From an uncultured Acidobacteriota bacterium (lineage in GTDB: Bacteria; Acidobacteriota; UBA6911), in assembly GCA_963827655.1 (NCBI GenBank), contig CAWHCF010000017.1, positions 41,584-105,583 on the forward strand: 64,000 bases of DNA, read 5' to 3'. The position numbers and the translations under genes were made by a program. Each line of letters starts with the position of its first letter. The stretch's first letter is position 1. The notes under the pieces were generated by a model. The model ran no database searches, had not been told where the DNA came from, and worked only from the letters and a program-made list of their open reading frames with translations. This document shows, one piece after another, positions 60,856 to 64,000 of this stretch.

Positions 60856-62370
60856 TCAACTGCCCGGGAGCGAAATCGTCTCGAGCTCCTGGAGGCGCTT
60901 CAGGGCGTTGGCCGCCTTCAGGGACTGGTAGTTGATTCCCGCCGCGTTAAGGCTGCTGCCTTCCTGGAACGGGTAGTCCGGTATCGTCGCCAGGAACTTT
61001 TTGATGAAACCCTGCGCCGGCACGAAAGCCCATAGATTGTCGCCGTACCAGCGGAGGTAGCCCAGGTCTGCCTCGTTCGGCCCCTTCTCGTACGGGTCCG
61101 CGCGCAGGTTGATGAGCAGCGGCCAGCCGGGTACCGCCCGAATCCCGGTCGCGATGTTTCCAACCTGGGTGGCGAAATGGATCTTCCAGTTCTTGACGCG
61201 AAGCGCATTCAGCTCGCCGCCCTGGCTGAAGTAGTAGATCTCCTCGCGCGGCCCTTGCTTCACCTCGCCCTTGAAGTAGGGCAGAAAGTTGTATCCGTCG
61301 GCGTGGATCTTGAACGTCTTACCGTTGGCTTTGTGACCCTTCTTCAATTTCTCGACGATGTCCGGCTCACCGGCTGCCGCGAGCAGCGTCGGCATCCAAT
61401 CCTCCTGCGAAATGATATCGTTGTAGACCGTGCCGGGCTTGATCACGCCGGGCCAGCGCACCACTAGCGGCACGCGGAAACCGCCTTCCCACGTGGTGCC
61501 TTTCTCGCCGTGGAAGGGAGTCGTTCCGCCATCCGGCCAGGAAAATGTTTCGGCGCCGTTGTCGGTCGAGAACACAACGATGGTGTTGTCGGCGATCTTC
61601 AAGTCATCGAGCTGCTTGAGCAACGCGCCGACTTTGTCGTCGAGCTCGCACATGCCGTCGGCATAGATGCCGATGCCGGTGCGGCCATAGGTCTCCTTCT
61701 TCAGGTGCGTCCAGACGTGCATACGCGTGGTGTTGAACCAAACAAAGAACGGCTTGCCGTCCTTGACCGAGCGGTCGATGAACTTACTCGCGACGTCATG
61801 GATCTCGTCGTCGATCGTCTCCATGCGCTTGGTCGTCAGCGGTCCGGTGTCTTCAATCTTTCCACCGGCCCACGAATGTATTACGCCGCGAGGCCCGAAC
61901 TTCTTCTTGAACTCGGGATCCTTCGGATAATAATAGGTCTCGGGCTCCTCCTCGGCATTGAGGTGATAAAGGTTGCCGAAGAACTCGTCGAATCCGTGAG
62001 CGGTTGGCAGATGCTTGTCGCGATCTCCCAGATGGTTCTTGCCGAACTGGCCGCACACATACCCTTGCTCTTTAAGCAGGTCGGCTATGGTCGGCGACCA
62101 GTCCGGTATGCCGTGCTCCGACCCCGGCATGCCTATCGTCAAAAGCCCGGTGCGGAAAGGATGCTGTCCGAGAATGAAGGAGGCACGGCCTGCGGTACAG
62201 CTCTGCTGCGCGTACGCGTCGGTGAAAAGGGCGCCTTCCCGCGCGATGCGATCGATGTTCGGCGTGCGATACCCCATGATCCCGTGGTTGTAGGCGCTGA
62301 TGTTGTGCACGCCGATGTCGTCACCCCAAATGACCAGGATGTTCGGTTGTTTCTGCTTTTGCTGTGCCAT
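60856..62370 (-). CDS. Arylsulfatase (cytoplasmic, Cys-type)
   Basis: PNILVIWGDDIG, QSCTAGR, GKNHLGD, TDNG and GEKGTTWEGGFRVP. Confidence 0.93.
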   Translation of the reverse strand: MAQQKQKQPNILVIWGDDIGVHNISAYNHGIMGYRTPNIDRIAREGALFTDAYAQQSCTAGRASFILGQHPFRTGLLTIGMPGSEHGIPDWSPTIADLLKEQGYVCGQFGKNHLGDRDKHLPTAHGFDEFFGNLYHLNAEEEPETYYYPKDPEFKKKFGPRGVIHSWAGGKIEDTGPLTTKRMETIDDEIHDVASKFIDRSVKDGKPFFVWFNTTRMHVWTHLKKETYGRTGIGIYADGMCELDDKVGALLKQLDDLKIADNTIVVFSTDNGAETFSWPDGGTTPFHGEKGTTWEGGFRVPLVVRWPGVIKPGTVYNDIISQEDWMPTLLAAAGEPDIVEKLKKGHKANGKTFKIHADGYNFLPYFKGEVKQGPREEIYYFSQGGELNALRVKNWKIHFATQVGNIATGIRAVPGWPLLINLRADPYEKGPNEADLGYLRWYGDNLWAFVPAQGFIKKFLATIPDYPFQEGSSLNAAGINYQSLKAANALKRLQELETISLPGS

Positions 62371-62482
62371 GCTCTACTCCTTTCACATGATAAACGTTGG
62401 CTGGCCGAGGTGGCCCTCACCTCGAATCTCCGCGTATTCTCGTGGTCCCGCTCTATCCCCACCGTGTCCTCCCGCGGCTTTC

Positions 62483-63682
62483 TTAGAACAATAGGCCCGC
62501 CAGTGCCGAAACGATGTCATCGAACGGCAGACCCAGCAGCACCACTGGCGCAAATGGCAGCAAGGTTGCTACCGCGAGCATCACCAGACTTCGGAAATCC
62601 ACCGGCACGAGCCGCATCTCGTGCACCCGGTCCGCGACCTGGTACAGATCGGTCGCGGCGGAGAAGTCCGGCTGCTTCAAGATGCTGTCGTCAGTGTGAG
62701 CTTGCCGCTGCAGCCACTTCCGCTCGAAATGGCGGCCGAATCTGTCTACGAGCTCACCATACTCGAAGAGCCCCCTCCGCCACGCTTCCAATAGCTTCCC
62801 AAAAAATACCAACAGCGGAGCGGTAAACAACGCGACGGGAGTCAATGCCACCGCTGCGATACCGTAGCGGTAGTCGAACAAGACCGCTTCGTGATGTACG
62901 ATTTTGGTCGCTAGCACGCCTGCGACAATCGCACCCAAAGTGAACCCCAGCGGCCACCAAGCCCGAACCGTATAGGACACAAACCTAAGTCCCGCTGCTC
63001 GGTCTGGGTGAGAAGGAATAAGACGCAGATCGAGCCGCGATACCAGCCACAGCAAGCGCGTCCAAAGTATCCAGCGCCAGGCCCATCCCAGAATCAGAAT
63101 AAGCAGGATGGGCAAGCTGACGAGCAGCCCCCACCATCCTGCCGGTGACAGATTCAGGCCTCTCCCGGGATCCGAGCGGTGCCAACCCTGCACATCGGAC
63201 TCAAGCTGGGAATAGGAAAGCGCGCTAACCAGGGCGTACGCGAGTATCACGACGGCGATCTCGACGGGCGTCGAGTCACGCAGTTTTCTGGTTGAAGCAA
63301 CCGCAGCGTCAAACCTCGCGTGCTCCGCACTCGCCACCAGTCGAGCGTCGATGAAATGCCGTGCCGTCGCACCCAATCGCGGCCCGCACATCGCATCCGC
63401 AAGAATCAGCATAGGAATCGCAACCAGAAAGCGCGCATGCACGCCGAAATCGGAGAGCAGCGACTGGCCACCGCTTTCATGCGCGAAATCGCCTCGTATT
63501 GCAGTGAGCACGGCGAGGGGCAACCACGCGACCAGGGCGGCAATCAGCGCCCTGCGCTTGATGCGCAAGTCCTCGGGACCGATCAATCCCAAGACTGCCT
63601 GCAGCCTATACGGCGGGCCGACACTGAACAACTCGCCGTACTTCTCGGCAGAAGCCGGCTGTTCTCGATGGGTATTCGCCAC
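62483..63682 (-). CDS. Hypothetical polytopic membrane protein
   Basis: 399 aa with about 8 TM segments; HPDRAAGLRF and DFSAATDL motifs. Confidence 0.75.
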   Translation of the reverse strand: MANTHREQPASAEKYGELFSVGPPYRLQAVLGLIGPEDLRIKRRALIAALVAWLPLAVLTAIRGDFAHESGGQSLLSDFGVHARFLVAIPMLILADAMCGPRLGATARHFIDARLVASAEHARFDAAVASTRKLRDSTPVEIAVVILAYALVSALSYSQLESDVQGWHRSDPGRGLNLSPAGWWGLLVSLPILLILILGWAWRWILWTRLLWLVSRLDLRLIPSHPDRAAGLRFVSYTVRAWWPLGFTLGAIVAGVLATKIVHHEAVLFDYRYGIAAVALTPVALFTAPLLVFFGKLLEAWRRGLFEYGELVDRFGRHFERKWLQRQAHTDDSILKQPDFSAATDLYQVADRVHEMRLVPVDFRSLVMLAVATLLPFAPVVLLGLPFDDIVSALAGLLF

Positions 63683-64000
63683 GTCGGATTGTCATTGTCC
63701 CGCTACAGGGACGGCACCCCTGGCCTCAGCGGGCGGTGACCCAAAATGCTGCCCCTTAACCGTGCATACAACACGCTTACGGTGAGCCCGGAGGAGCATA
63801 CCTTGAACTCCACATACGGCTTCCGCCCCTATGATCTTCAAAGTTCCAGGTCCGACCGCGTCCAGAGCTTAACGGTAATACGAAATCGCTCGGGTATCGC
63901 CTGCCCTAAATACTAATCGGTTTCGCCAGACATTTGGAAAAGGCTAGCCACTAAACTGACAGCGCAGGCGGCGGCTAATCCGCGCTATCGGTCCGGAGAT

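Overview
A GC-rich bacterial chromosomal window, most likely Acidobacteriota. This rests on four Acidobacterial-type VWA proteins, an ECF sigma/Ser-Thr kinase pair and a DUF4097/ECF/anti-sigma operon. Bases 1 to about 36.5 kb are backbone: plsC, ribB-X, ribA, ubiX, metG, larE, ggt, ftsK, rnj, rsmA, trxA and purA. The backbone intergenic spaces carry several families of short dispersed repeats and a MITE. From 36.5 kb the window is accessory. (i) An integrase-less islet of about 5.2 kb at tRNA-Lys(TTT) is bounded by a 45-bp direct repeat and carries a DUF1549/1553 + DUF1501 pair. (ii) An element of about 11.6 kb sits at the 3' end of tRNA-Glu(TTC). Its large serine recombinase gene runs through its own attachment site, so the integrated form ends in a peptide read from the antisense tRNA, while the element's other end encodes a different C-terminus. 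It carries a decayed mobilisation module, an ECF-STK module and toxin-antitoxin pairs. (iii) A second, older element begins at 55.1 kb with a recombinase remnant and a sulfatase cluster, and runs off the window. About a dozen single-base frameshifts, nearly all +1, look like long-read consensus errors rather than biology. All family assignments are from motif recognition; no database search was run.
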